Part shown: in pieces, positions 24,105-33,746 of the stretch
How the letters are laid out: every line of letters begins with the position of its first letter
Position numbering within the stretch: position 1 is the first letter of the stretch
Assembly: GCA_963749915.1 (NCBI GenBank)
Contig: CAVVOP010000008.1
Coordinates: 96,001 to 160,000, forward strand
Reading direction: 5' to 3'
DNA length: 64,000 bases
Source: an uncultured cyanobacterium
Lineage (GTDB): Bacteria > Cyanobacteriota > Cyanobacteriia > Cyanobacteriales > Cyanobacteriaceae
Program-made: the position numbers and the translations under genes
Notes under the pieces: generated by a model
Databases searched by the model: none
Told to the model about the DNA's origin: nothing
What the model saw: the letters and a program-made list of their open reading frames with translations, nothing else

Positions 24105-26234
24105 TCAAGAATCCCAAAAGGTATCTACTTGATATTCTTCTATCTCCGCTTGTAAATCTTGGAAATAGTCACTTTCAGTAATTTTAGCTAGTTCTTCTGC
24201 CCGTTTTTGCTCATCGATTTCAATTTTTAATTCTGCTAATTGTCGTTGTATTTCTTGTTCTTTGAGTTTGCGCTCAGTAATATCTTGAATAATGCCTTCA
24301 AAATAGAGAATTTCACCATGACTATCCTTAACAATACGACTATCTTCTTCTACCCAGATGATACTGCCATCCTTACGATAGGCCTTATATTCCCCATCTT
24401 TTACTTGTCCTTCTTCAAGTAAACGGCGTTTAAATTCTTCTCGATCTTGAGGATTAAGATGAATCTGTTTACCAATATCGGAAATACTCGCAATCATTTC
24501 TTCGGGAGAATCATAACTATAAATTCTGGCCATAGCAGGATTGACCTTGAGATAATGTCCATCAAGGGAGGATTGAAAAATTCCTTCTAAGGCGTTTTCA
24601 AATATACTGCGGTAATTTTCCTCAGCAATACGCAGGGCTTCTTGTGCTCGTTTGCGATCGCTGATATCGAAAATTGCACCATCTAGGGAGACTAAACGAT
24701 CCTCATGGTCAAAAATACCCCTACCTTGTTCAGAAACCCAACGAATCTCACCTTTGTGATTAATGATGCGGTATTCAATCGTATAAAAGTTTTGATTACT
24801 TATTGCTTGATTAATAATCTTTTGCACTAACTCAACATCTTCAGAGTGGATAATACTAGCATAAGTGCGAACTTGGTTATGAATAAAATCTGATGCTGGA
24901 TAACCGGAAATATCAGTTATGGTTGCACTAATAAAATCCATAGTCCAATCGGCATCAAATTGACAACGATAAATTGCACCCGGGATATTCTCTACTAGAG
25001 TTCTAAAACGTTTTTCACTTTGTTCTAGTTTACGATAGGACAAAATTAAATTGAGCCAGAGAACATTGCCAATACTAATTACCGCAGCAGTTACTAAAGC
25101 TAACAAAGGGGTAAATAGAGGTACTAACCAACCAGAGAGAAAACTAAGGTAGGAAACAATAACAATAGTAATTGCAGTGATCAATAAGCTAGTAATCGTC
25201 AGCCAAGCTCGGCGTAGATAAAATAAGCTAATACTGCTACTAATTACTGCCCAAAAGAAGATTAAACCCCAATTAAAATACTTAGGAATTGCCCTGAGTA
25301 AAGGGCGACCGCTGATGGCAGCCCGAAGAATTTGACTGGCAATATTACTATGGATGACAACGCCAGGAACTAACTCTTTATTAGTAAACAGGGTATTGTT
25401 GGCGGGAGTTAGATAATTATCATTCAAACTAGGGGCTATTGGTCCTAATAACACGATGCGATCGCGCATTAAATCTTCGGGAATCCGATTTTCTAAGACA
25501 TCAGTCATAGAAATATGAAGAAAATGTTCTAATCCCCCTTGGTAATTAATCAAGATCTGATAACCTCCCATATCTTCTTGATTGTATTCCCCATCATGTT
25601 TTGATAATGGTACAAATTTGGCTTTTCCTAACCCGTAAATTTGTTGTTTTTGATTAATAGCTTCTAATTCAATATTTTCTCCTTGGAGATAGCTTAACGC
25701 CATTTTGACTCCTAACCCTAAAATGTTACTACCATCATCTTTTTTCAGTAAAACCGTACCACGTCGAATTTTGCCATCGTGATCTATAAATAAATCATTA
25801 GCGGCAACTTGTCCATGTTCTGCCAGGATAGGAGAAGGGGCAATCTGATTTCCGGCTACTTTTTGGACACCAAACAGATTGGGGCTATTTTCAAAAACTT
25901 TTACTAATTCTTGGTATCCAGGCTCAACGGGTAAATCCCGATAAATATCAATACCGATCACTCTCGGTTGTTGGGCTTGAATATTTTTAATAATTTGAGC
26001 CATCACGGCATCAGCCATGGGCCACTGTTTGACATGTTGAATATCTGTCTCGTCAATAGTAACAATAACAATACGCTGATCAACCCCTTCTTGAGGACGT
26101 AACTGGAAAAATTGATCTAAAGCTGCCCATTCTAAAATCCGAAACAGACCTATATAACTTCCGGCAATCAACAAACCAGAAACACAGGAACTAATTAGCA
26201 AAATATTTTTCAATTTTACAAAGTTATTAATCAT
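24105..26234 (-). CDS. CHASE2-TM-PAS-PAS membrane sensor with a short charged C-terminal tail and no enzymatic output domain
   Basis: RIVIVTIDE, WP, IGIDIYRD and PGVVIH (CHASE2); three TM segments; two PAS/PAC domains ending DISDRKRA and DITERK; about 50-aa tail. Confidence 0.88.
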   Translation of the reverse strand: MINNFVKLKNILLISSCVSGLLIAGSYIGLFRILEWAALDQFFQLRPQEGVDQRIVIVTIDETDIQHVKQWPMADAVMAQIIKNIQAQQPRVIGIDIYRDLPVEPGYQELVKVFENSPNLFGVQKVAGNQIAPSPILAEHGQVAANDLFIDHDGKIRRGTVLLKKDDGSNILGLGVKMALSYLQGENIELEAINQKQQIYGLGKAKFVPLSKHDGEYNQEDMGGYQILINYQGGLEHFLHISMTDVLENRIPEDLMRDRIVLLGPIAPSLNDNYLTPANNTLFTNKELVPGVVIHSNIASQILRAAISGRPLLRAIPKYFNWGLIFFWAVISSSISLFYLRRAWLTITSLLITAITIVIVSYLSFLSGWLVPLFTPLLALVTAAVISIGNVLWLNLILSYRKLEQSEKRFRTLVENIPGAIYRCQFDADWTMDFISATITDISGYPASDFIHNQVRTYASIIHSEDVELVQKIINQAISNQNFYTIEYRIINHKGEIRWVSEQGRGIFDHEDRLVSLDGAIFDISDRKRAQEALRIAEENYRSIFENALEGIFQSSLDGHYLKVNPAMARIYSYDSPEEMIASISDIGKQIHLNPQDREEFKRRLLEEGQVKDGEYKAYRKDGSIIWVEEDSRIVKDSHGEILYFEGIIQDITERKLKEQEIQRQLAELKIEIDEQKRAEELAKITESDYFQDLQAEIEEYQVDTFWDS

Positions 26235-26311
26235 TTCATCTACTTATCAGATAACTTCTACATTTAAATTTGATAATTCAACCCTAATCTTGACTGATTT
26301 CTGGCACAAAT

Positions 26312-27418
26312 CTAATTTTTCAGAAATTCTCCATATCCCATCACCTGTAATAACTTAATTTTGGCTTCATCTAATGCTTGTTGACTAGCTGGGAAATAGC
26401 CCACTTTGGTAATTTCCTCATTAACATGGGTCAGATAATAGTTAATAAATGCGGCTACTTGCGGTTTATTTTGAATAGTTTGAGGGTCTGAGTAGATAAA
26501 TAAAGGACGAGATAGAGGATAACTATGATTTTCTACGGTTTTAATATTGGGTTCAACTTTATTAATTGTCAGCAATTTAAGAGTATCTTGATAATTTTGA
26601 TAGTAAGCATAGCCAAAAAAAGCGATCGCATATTTATTATTACTAACTCCCTGAACTAATTCCTCATCATCAGCACTATATTTTGTGTGGGGAGTATGCA
26701 AAATTTTTTCTAAATTACCAGCAAATATCTGTTCCCCAAAAAAATCTAAAGTTCCTGAATCAAGATCAGGGACAAAACGTTGAATAACTTCATCGGGAAA
26801 CTTCGGATCAACATCTGACCATTTTTCCACTGTAAAAATTTTTGCTAGTTGTTCGAAGGTGACGTTTTTCAGAAAATCATTGTCAGGATGTACTACTATA
26901 GCTAAAGTGTCTGTACCAACTCGAAAGGCGATTGGTTGGCGTCCAATTTTAGCACAAGCTTCAAGTTCTTTAGTTTTAATGAGACGACTAGCGTTGGTTA
27001 CATCTAATTTTTTTTGTTGACAAAATAAGCGAAAACCACCCCCTGAACCAATACTATCAATTTGAGCTATTCCTGAGTAGCCATCACTAATAAAGCGTTG
27101 ATAAATTGCTTTGGTTAAGGGATAAACTGTGGAACTGCCGGCAACTAGCAAATTACCCTCAATTTCTAAAGGATTAATTTGTGGTAAAACAATCCCTAGA
27201 TTCTCTTTAGTTTGTGGTTTAGCTAATGATAAATTTAATGGCATTGAAATAATCGTATCTACATTAGCAGAGCTAGGCTCTGATTTCCAAAAAATATCTG
27301 GCATTTCTTCTTTTTTGAGTTGATCTTGTTGTTGTGGGTGGGAGGAAGTATGGGAGCAAGCAGTAACTATAAAAGTTATAGTAATCAGAACTAAATAATA
27401 AGAAAATCTTAATTTCAT
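26312..27418 (-). CDS. PstS-family substrate-binding lipoprotein
   Basis: Lipobox VTAC, GSSTVYP, GSGGGF, NASR, SGT and YPLSRPLFIY. Confidence 0.88.
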   Translation of the reverse strand: MKLRFSYYLVLITITFIVTACSHTSSHPQQQDQLKKEEMPDIFWKSEPSSANVDTIISMPLNLSLAKPQTKENLGIVLPQINPLEIEGNLLVAGSSTVYPLTKAIYQRFISDGYSGIAQIDSIGSGGGFRLFCQQKKLDVTNASRLIKTKELEACAKIGRQPIAFRVGTDTLAIVVHPDNDFLKNVTFEQLAKIFTVEKWSDVDPKFPDEVIQRFVPDLDSGTLDFFGEQIFAGNLEKILHTPHTKYSADDEELVQGVSNNKYAIAFFGYAYYQNYQDTLKLLTINKVEPNIKTVENHSYPLSRPLFIYSDPQTIQNKPQVAAFINYYLTHVNEEITKVGYFPASQQALDEAKIKLLQVMGYGEFLKN

Positions 27419-28899
27419 AAATCGACACTTAATTTGCCATTTCTGAATATTTCATTTTGGGGTGAGCTTTTGGCAACTCTAACCGCTTTTTGACGTTCTT
27501 CAATTAAATAGTTAATTTCTAAAGCTAATTTAGGATGCGTCATAATTAAATTGAGAGCAATATCAGCTTCAATCATAATTACCTGTGCGTCTTTAAGAAC
27601 AGTAACATAAAAATAACTAGGTTCTCCTTGTAAAAAAACGGTTTCACCAAATATATCTCCTGTGCTTAATCTGATAATTTCCTGTTCATCACCCTCGATA
27701 TCATTGAGCCATAACTTGACTTCCCCGCGCATAATTAAGTAAAAACCTGAAGCTGGTTTCCCGCTTTCAATAATCGTTTCGCCCATACCATAGTTAAGGA
27801 TAGTAGCCTGGTGAGCTAATTTAGGGATCTCATCATCATTTAAGAAATAAAAATATGGTAAAGAGCGTAAATAATTACTAATTGTTTCAAAAAGTAGAGC
27901 TTGTTCCTTTGCAACCTTATCATAAGGGACGTTATACTGCAATTGAATCGGTAGCGGTATTGTCAAACCTTGACGTTTAGCAGTATAGTAAATATTACTC
28001 ATTAAGTGATTATGAATATCCTCTACTTGCCGATAATTTTTCGTATAAAACTTTATTTCATAACTGATACTACAATCATTGTAGGATTTAGTCCTAATCT
28101 CAGGCTCAGGATCCCTGAGAATACCTTCAACTTTTAAGGCTATTTGTTTGAGTATATCTTTGACATAGTTAGGAGGATCGTCATAGGAAAATTGTACCAA
28201 AGCTTTTTCGGCATGGATAGGATCAATTAGAGTAAAATTATTAATGATATCTTTACCCAAAATTCCATTAGGAATTACGACAATATCTCGATCTCTGGTT
28301 TTGAGGCGTACCGCACGCCAATTAATTTCAATGACTTCTCCTTCCATACCCTGAACCAGAATCCAGTCCCCCACTTTAAAGGGACTTTCAAAAAGCAAAA
28401 GAAATCCTGAAACCAAGTTACTCAGCGTATCCTGTAGAGCTAAAGCAATAACTAATGAGCCTACCCCAAGAGCGGTTATTAATTGACTTAAATCGATCTG
28501 CCAAACACTACTTAAAATTTGAGCAGTTGCCCCTAAAACCATCACAGCACGAGCAGTATGAAAAAAGAGATTAGGTATGGCAATTTGCCAACTATATTTT
28601 TTAACTGTACAAGTAAAAATAACATTAAAAAAATCGAGAACTGTATAGATAACTATCAACCAAAATAAGGTTTCAATGGTTTGTAGGTATTTAGAGTTTT
28701 CAGAAACTTCAAAAACTTTTCTGAATAAAATCAAAATAGCTACACAAGGTACAAGCAAAAAACGCAAACTATGAAAACAATTAGCCAAAGGATTAGATTT
28801 TTTATTGAGACGTTCGACAATTTCTCCTAAAATAATTGTGATTAAGGGTAGGCCCAAGATTAAAATTAGACTCCATTTCCCAATTGATGTTGTTAACAA
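27415..28899 (-). CDS. MscS-family channel with C-terminal cyclic-nucleotide-binding domain
   Basis: ALQDTLSNLVSG, PFKVGDWI and INWRA; C-terminal FYLIMRGEV and GDIFGE. Confidence 0.92.
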   Translation of the reverse strand: MLTTSIGKWSLILILGLPLITIILGEIVERLNKKSNPLANCFHSLRFLLVPCVAILILFRKVFEVSENSKYLQTIETLFWLIVIYTVLDFFNVIFTCTVKKYSWQIAIPNLFFHTARAVMVLGATAQILSSVWQIDLSQLITALGVGSLVIALALQDTLSNLVSGFLLLFESPFKVGDWILVQGMEGEVIEINWRAVRLKTRDRDIVVIPNGILGKDIINNFTLIDPIHAEKALVQFSYDDPPNYVKDILKQIALKVEGILRDPEPEIRTKSYNDCSISYEIKFYTKNYRQVEDIHNHLMSNIYYTAKRQGLTIPLPIQLQYNVPYDKVAKEQALLFETISNYLRSLPYFYFLNDDEIPKLAHQATILNYGMGETIIESGKPASGFYLIMRGEVKLWLNDIEGDEQEIIRLSTGDIFGETVFLQGEPSYFYVTVLKDAQVIMIEADIALNLIMTHPKLALEINYLIEERQKAVRVAKSSPQNEIFRNGKLSVDL

Positions 28900-28920
28900 T
28901 GGTAATTTCTCCTTAATAAT

Positions 28921-31116
28921 TTACTCAAGATTAAAATCATCATTATCTAAATCAAAACTTAGATCTGCAATTAAATCTTTTAACCATTTTCTCTTCAATA
29001 CCCAAGTTTTGATCAGACCTTGATCTAAATAATTGATAGTTTTACCTAATTCAAAATCATAGGAATCCTGGAGACGCTCATGTAAGTTTTCACTCAGCAC
29101 TATGGTATTGTGTTCAGCTTCATTCATCAGCTTATGGGTAATGCTAACTGTATCACCCCACAGATTATAAACAAATCTATCATCGCCAATAATCCCTGTC
29201 ATTACTGAACCAGTATGTAAACCAATCCTAATACTTAGTGTCGTACCATGTTTATGGTTAAAGTCATCAATAACCCCTAAGCTATCTAAAGCAAAATCAA
29301 CGAGACGTTTCCCATAATCAAGACGTGGTTTGTTAAGCCCACAAACAGCAATATAAATTTCTCCTAATAACTTTAATCTTTCAACATCATATTTAGCTGC
29401 TTTTTGGTCAAGACTACTAATTAATTCACCAAGAATATGATTTAATTGATGACCATTAAAATGTTGATGTAAATGATTAATTCCCGTAATGTTAGCAAAC
29501 ATTATACTTGCTTGTTGCACATAATCAATAATACCATTTTCTCCTTTACGAAAACGTTTAACAAAAGAACTAGGCATTAAGTTTAATAATAGAGTTTGGT
29601 TTTCTTGTTGTTGTTGTTTTAGTAGTTCTGCTTGTTGCTTAATTTTCCCTCTAATCTGATTGACAATTTTTGCTAAATCACTAAATTCGTCGTGAGATTC
29701 AATCCTAATTTCTTGTTCCCAATTATCAGGATTAATATCTTGAGAACTTTTAATAATAGTTTTAATTGGTTGACTGAAATGGTTAGCAAAAGTATTAGCT
29801 AAATAAGTAATTAACAAAATCAAGAGAATAGTAATAATTAGGAGATACTTTTGTAGAACATATACAGGTTGATATGCTTGTGCTAAACTCATTTCCGCAA
29901 TAATTGTCCAATTAAGCCCTGGAATTGCCAGTGGCCCGTAGGAACTTAATACTTTAATGCCACGATAATTGTCAATGATTTTAGTCCCGCTATTACCGGC
30001 GATCGCTTCTTGGACAGCTTCAGTATTAACTTTTTGTAACAAAATATTTGTTTGTAATTGCCTAATTAAATTAATGGTACTTTTTGGAACGTTGTTGGAG
30101 TTTAAAGATTGCTCATAAGCAGTAGCATTTTCGACGAATAAGCGTGATGCTGAGCGCATGAGTAAATCTTGTGTCCCAACTAAATAGGTTTCTCCTGTTT
30201 CTCCTAACCCGTTTTCTTGCCAATTATTATTATTTGTTAATATCTGATTAATTTCAGTTACGGGTAATTGAATTGCCAGAATGCCAACAAAATGTGGCCC
30301 ATTATAAATAGGTGCAGCTATAAATGCGGCAGGCTGCATCAAGGAAGGATAATAAGGCTTAAAATCAACGAGGTAGGATCTACCTCGACGAGGATTTTCT
30401 CGAACTTTTTTGACAACTTCCGCGAGATTACTATTCTGATAAACTCCATCATCTAAGTTAGTAGCAAAATCAGGTTGTTTGGAGACAGAATAGACAATAT
30501 CACCGGTTTGATGGTTAATTAAAAATAAGTCGGAGTAACCAAATTTAGCGACTAGACTCCGAAAAAATGGATGATATTTGCTATGATACTTTCTATATAA
30601 ACTACCATCCTCTGTGTCGATTAATTGTTCTTTTTGACCCACAGGATTGGGATTTTTAGCAATATATTGATATTGTAAATAGTTAGCGGCTTGGGAGCGC
30701 GGACGATATATTTCCCACGTTGGCTGATTAACTGTTGTTTTCTCCAATTTTGACAAAAATTCTGCTTCATAATATTTGAAGATTTCTTGATCCCAGTCTT
30801 GAGGAAGCAACTGGTCTTGGGGAAGCAACTGCTGATCTAAAACACGAAAACTCTGATTTAATTCCACCATGGCTGCTACTACTGTCCGAGTTTCACTTAT
30901 AGTCTCGATCTGGTGGCTCAAATTACTAAAATAGGATTCAATTTGAAATGCTTTAGAGGTGCGATCGCTCGTTAATTGTTGAAAAATTTGATTCTTAATA
31001 GATTCTTTACTCTGACTACAACTGAGATAGCCGACTATGGCAATTGAGCCTAAGCTGATGGAGAGCAAAATTACCATCAGTTGCGATTTAATAGTTAGTC
31101 GATTCAAACCGAACAT
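28921..31116 (-). CDS. Cache-HAMP class III nucleotidyl cyclase-like protein, catalytically degenerate
   Basis: TM, periplasmic Cache-like region (GLGETGETYLVG), TM, HAMP-like segment, cyclase fold (RIGLHTG, WGDTV) with substituted catalytic residues. Confidence 0.88.
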   Translation of the reverse strand: MFGLNRLTIKSQLMVILLSISLGSIAIVGYLSCSQSKESIKNQIFQQLTSDRTSKAFQIESYFSNLSHQIETISETRTVVAAMVELNQSFRVLDQQLLPQDQLLPQDWDQEIFKYYEAEFLSKLEKTTVNQPTWEIYRPRSQAANYLQYQYIAKNPNPVGQKEQLIDTEDGSLYRKYHSKYHPFFRSLVAKFGYSDLFLINHQTGDIVYSVSKQPDFATNLDDGVYQNSNLAEVVKKVRENPRRGRSYLVDFKPYYPSLMQPAAFIAAPIYNGPHFVGILAIQLPVTEINQILTNNNNWQENGLGETGETYLVGTQDLLMRSASRLFVENATAYEQSLNSNNVPKSTINLIRQLQTNILLQKVNTEAVQEAIAGNSGTKIIDNYRGIKVLSSYGPLAIPGLNWTIIAEMSLAQAYQPVYVLQKYLLIITILLILLITYLANTFANHFSQPIKTIIKSSQDINPDNWEQEIRIESHDEFSDLAKIVNQIRGKIKQQAELLKQQQQENQTLLLNLMPSSFVKRFRKGENGIIDYVQQASIMFANITGINHLHQHFNGHQLNHILGELISSLDQKAAKYDVERLKLLGEIYIAVCGLNKPRLDYGKRLVDFALDSLGVIDDFNHKHGTTLSIRIGLHTGSVMTGIIGDDRFVYNLWGDTVSITHKLMNEAEHNTIVLSENLHERLQDSYDFELGKTINYLDQGLIKTWVLKRKWLKDLIADLSFDLDNDDFNLE

Positions 31117-31261
31117 AAACTCTTTTCAAAAGAACAAAATGCCAGGAAAGATCTTAACTCAAAAATACTAGTAAAACTGCCACATTCCATGTTAAAAGAA
31201 TCCTATTGTGATCACAGTTTTTCAGCCATTGAAAAACACTTATTGTTGAGTATATCTGAAA

Positions 31262-32608
31262 TTAGTGCAATCTAACCAAAGGTTCATCGGAAAGTTTTTC
31301 TAGATCAACCTGTTCTAATAAATCATGCCATTCCATAATATAAGTCTGATTATCAGGTTCAGCAAGCTTTGCTTCTGCTAAAACTTTCAAAGTATCGTAC
31401 CAAATCCCCATTTTTCCATACTCAGTGGCTAATTTTACAGGAGAATCAGCTAATTGTTGGGAATTAACATTTGATTCGACCCGCTTAATCCATCCTGTCA
31501 CTGCATAGTTATTTGGTTTCAGTCTTCCTCCCGCTTCGATAGGTGCAAAGTACCAAAGGTAATATTGATCTTTAACTAAAGGTGCTATTTCTGGAGGTAA
31601 GGTCACCATGATCATTCCTCCCTGGCGAGGAACTTGTAATATGGTATAATAATGAGGATTACCATCTTCATCTTGCAGACTAAAGAAAACTTTTTGTGTT
31701 CCTAAAGGTGGCAAATAGGCAAATATAGTTGGATGGGCTAAAGTAGTACGCCCATTATTGGTGGAAGGGAGAATTGCTCTAAGTACTGGACTCTCAAGTC
31801 TTGGTGCTACATTAAGATTAGGATTTGATTGGTCATTTGGGATCGTAAGCTCAACATCCCCCCTAGAACCACTACCCACACTGCTATTAGGGTTAGAAGC
31901 ATCCCCAGGAAGCCCAAATTGTACATCCCCTCTGGAACCACCACCCACACTGCTATTAGGGTTAGAACTATCCCCAGGAAGTCCAAATTGTACATCCCCT
32001 CTGGAACCACCACCCACACTGCTATTAGGGTTAGAACTATCCTCAGGGAGTCCAAATTGAACACTACCTCTAGAACCACCACCCACACTGCTATTAGGGT
32101 TAGAAGCATCCCCAGGGAGTCCAAATTGTACATCCCCTCTGGAACCACCACCCACACTGCTATTAGGGTTAGAAGCATCCTCAGGGAGTCCAAATTGTAC
32201 ATCCCCTCTGGAACCACCACCCACACTGCTATTAGGGTTAGAAGCATCCTCAGGGAGTCCAAATTGTACATCCCCTCTAGAACCACCACCAATGCTGCTA
32301 TTAGGGTTAGAACTATCCCCAGGGAGTCCAAATTGTACATCCCCTCTGGAACCACCACCAATGCTGCTGTTAGGGTTAGAACTATCCTCAGGGAGTCCAA
32401 ATTGAACACTACCTCTAGAACCACCACCAATGCTGCTGTTAGGGTTTTTATCGTCAGGCAGGCTAAATTCTACTAAGGTAATTAGCTGATTTTTGCTTAA
32501 ATTATCAATTTTATATCTATTAGTAGTAGCTAATGTGATCTGAGAAGGCAGGAACATCATACTAACAATAATGCTAGATATTGAAATTGGAGTAATAACT
32601 TGACACAT
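31262..32608 (-). CDS. Exported DUF928 protein with an N-terminal 23-aa tandem repeat array
   Basis: Hydrophobic N-terminus; C-terminal GRTTLAHPTIFAYLP, YLWYF, GWIKRV, GIWYDTL and WHDLLEQV are typical of DUF928. Confidence 0.88.
   Translation of the reverse strand: MCQVITPISISSIIVSMMFLPSQITLATTNRYKIDNLSKNQLITLVEFSLPDDKNPNSSIGGGSRGSVQFGLPEDSSNPNSSIGGGSRGDVQFGLPGDSSNPNSSIGGGSRGDVQFGLPEDASNPNSSVGGGSRGDVQFGLPEDASNPNSSVGGGSRGDVQFGLPGDASNPNSSVGGGSRGSVQFGLPEDSSNPNSSVGGGSRGDVQFGLPGDSSNPNSSVGGGSRGDVQFGLPGDASNPNSSVGSGSRGDVELTIPNDQSNPNLNVAPRLESPVLRAILPSTNNGRTTLAHPTIFAYLPPLGTQKVFFSLQDEDGNPHYYTILQVPRQGGMIMVTLPPEIAPLVKDQYYLWYFAPIEAGGRLKPNNYAVTGWIKRVESNVNSQQLADSPVKLATEYGKMGIWYDTLKVLAEAKLAEPDNQTYIMEWHDLLEQVDLEKLSDEPLVRLH
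31853..32470 (-). repeat. 69-bp coding tandem repeat, 8 full units plus 1 partial
   Basis: Unit QFGLP[EG]D[SA]SNPNSS[IV]G[GS]GSRG[DS]V, near-identical at DNA level. Confidence 0.97.
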
Positions 32609-32677
32609 ATTTTAATTGACCTATATAAATAACTTTATTTGTGAAAAAAAGGATAATTTTTAAATTCCGTACTTTAT

Positions 32678-33367
32678 TTAATCCTCATTCCTAACTCTAG
32701 AACCGCCACCCAAACTGCTCTTAGGGTTAGAGCCATCCCCAGGAACTTGAAATTGAACATCATCGCCTCTAGAACCACCACCCAAACTTTCATTAGGGGC
32801 TGCAGGGGGGAGTGCTAATTCGGTACTTTGTTTCATAATCGGAGCCTCTTTCAGATAGTTATTAATTGAGACAACATATTTTCCTTCTGGATCCCCTTTT
32901 ATAGAAGTACCGCCAACCTGAACAGCATTGCTAAACAAATTTTGTAAAACCTGATCAGGATTATCCTCAGGTTGTAAGGTAATCAATAAGCTATCTTCTG
33001 TACACTCATAACCTTGACCAGCTTTCTTTCCTTGACTAACACAAATTACTTTTTGTTTATTGATTACACTTGTGGTAACATCTCCAAGAGTACCATTATC
33101 AGAAAACTTCTGAAATCGAGCCGTTACTTCTTCACATTGTGCTTGGGGAGTCCAGCCTGAACCTCTAAAATAATCACTTTTCCACACAATCAACTCAATT
33201 CTACCTCTTTGAGTATCTACTATTGTGGTGGGAACGCCGTTATTATTGATACAGCTATAAATATTTTTAGTGGCTTGAGCCTGAGTTGGTTTAGATACAA
33301 AAAAGTAACTAACACTGGTGATTACTAGGCTTGAAGCTAATATTTTGCCAATAAAATGATTCTTCAT
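32678..33367 (-). CDS. Exported COP23-domain protein with a GGGSR-repeat tail
   Basis: Signal peptide ending PTQA, LIVWKSDYF, GWTPQAQCEEVTARFQ, VIC and LLITL. Tail has two GGGSR motifs. Confidence 0.85.
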   Translation of the reverse strand: MKNHFIGKILASSLVITSVSYFFVSKPTQAQATKNIYSCINNNGVPTTIVDTQRGRIELIVWKSDYFRGSGWTPQAQCEEVTARFQKFSDNGTLGDVTTSVINKQKVICVSQGKKAGQGYECTEDSLLITLQPEDNPDQVLQNLFSNAVQVGGTSIKGDPEGKYVVSINNYLKEAPIMKQSTELALPPAAPNESLGGGSRGDDVQFQVPGDGSNPKSSLGGGSRVRNED

Positions 33368-33746
33368 AATCTTTACTCCTGGTCGTTTTGTAGCTTAAGA
33401 GCAATATAAGATGATTGATTATTCAATATATATTAAGGTTCATTTGGTTAAACTTAGGCAATTATGATGATTGCCTTCTATTTCTCTCTAGTCAGGATAA
33501 ATAAAACAGAGCAATTAGCTGATTTTTGGTAACTACCGAGGTCGTCAAATTTTGGGAAAAAACAATGACTTCTTGTTTAAGTATATCTTTCAGGCCCTCT
33601 AACCTGAATTATTCATGAACCAAAAACCAAAACTAAAAAAGCACAAAAGGACAATTTTTAAAGATAATTACCTCTACTCTAACACCTAATCCTTAGCCTC
33701 TGCCTTAATCTTAAGCTTATGATTATCTTGCCAATTTTTATTAAGA

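Noticed and set aside
30796..30831. 18-bp in-frame duplication in the cyclase-like gene, and a 30-bp one at about 43112-43170
   Set aside because: Ordinary slippage duplications that preserve the frame; no functional signal.
31853..32350. Seven RGD tripeptides as integrin-binding motifs
   Set aside because: RGD alternates with RGS and falls across the GSR|G junction; nothing suggests an animal-host context.
31853..32470. Regular repeat array as a possible CRISPR
   Set aside because: Contiguous 69-bp units with no unique spacers, in frame within a CDS, and no cas genes in the window.
31758..32476. Alternative-frame ORFs (207, 215 and 100 aa) over the repeat
   Set aside because: Stop-free frames are a by-product of a repeat whose length is a multiple of three.
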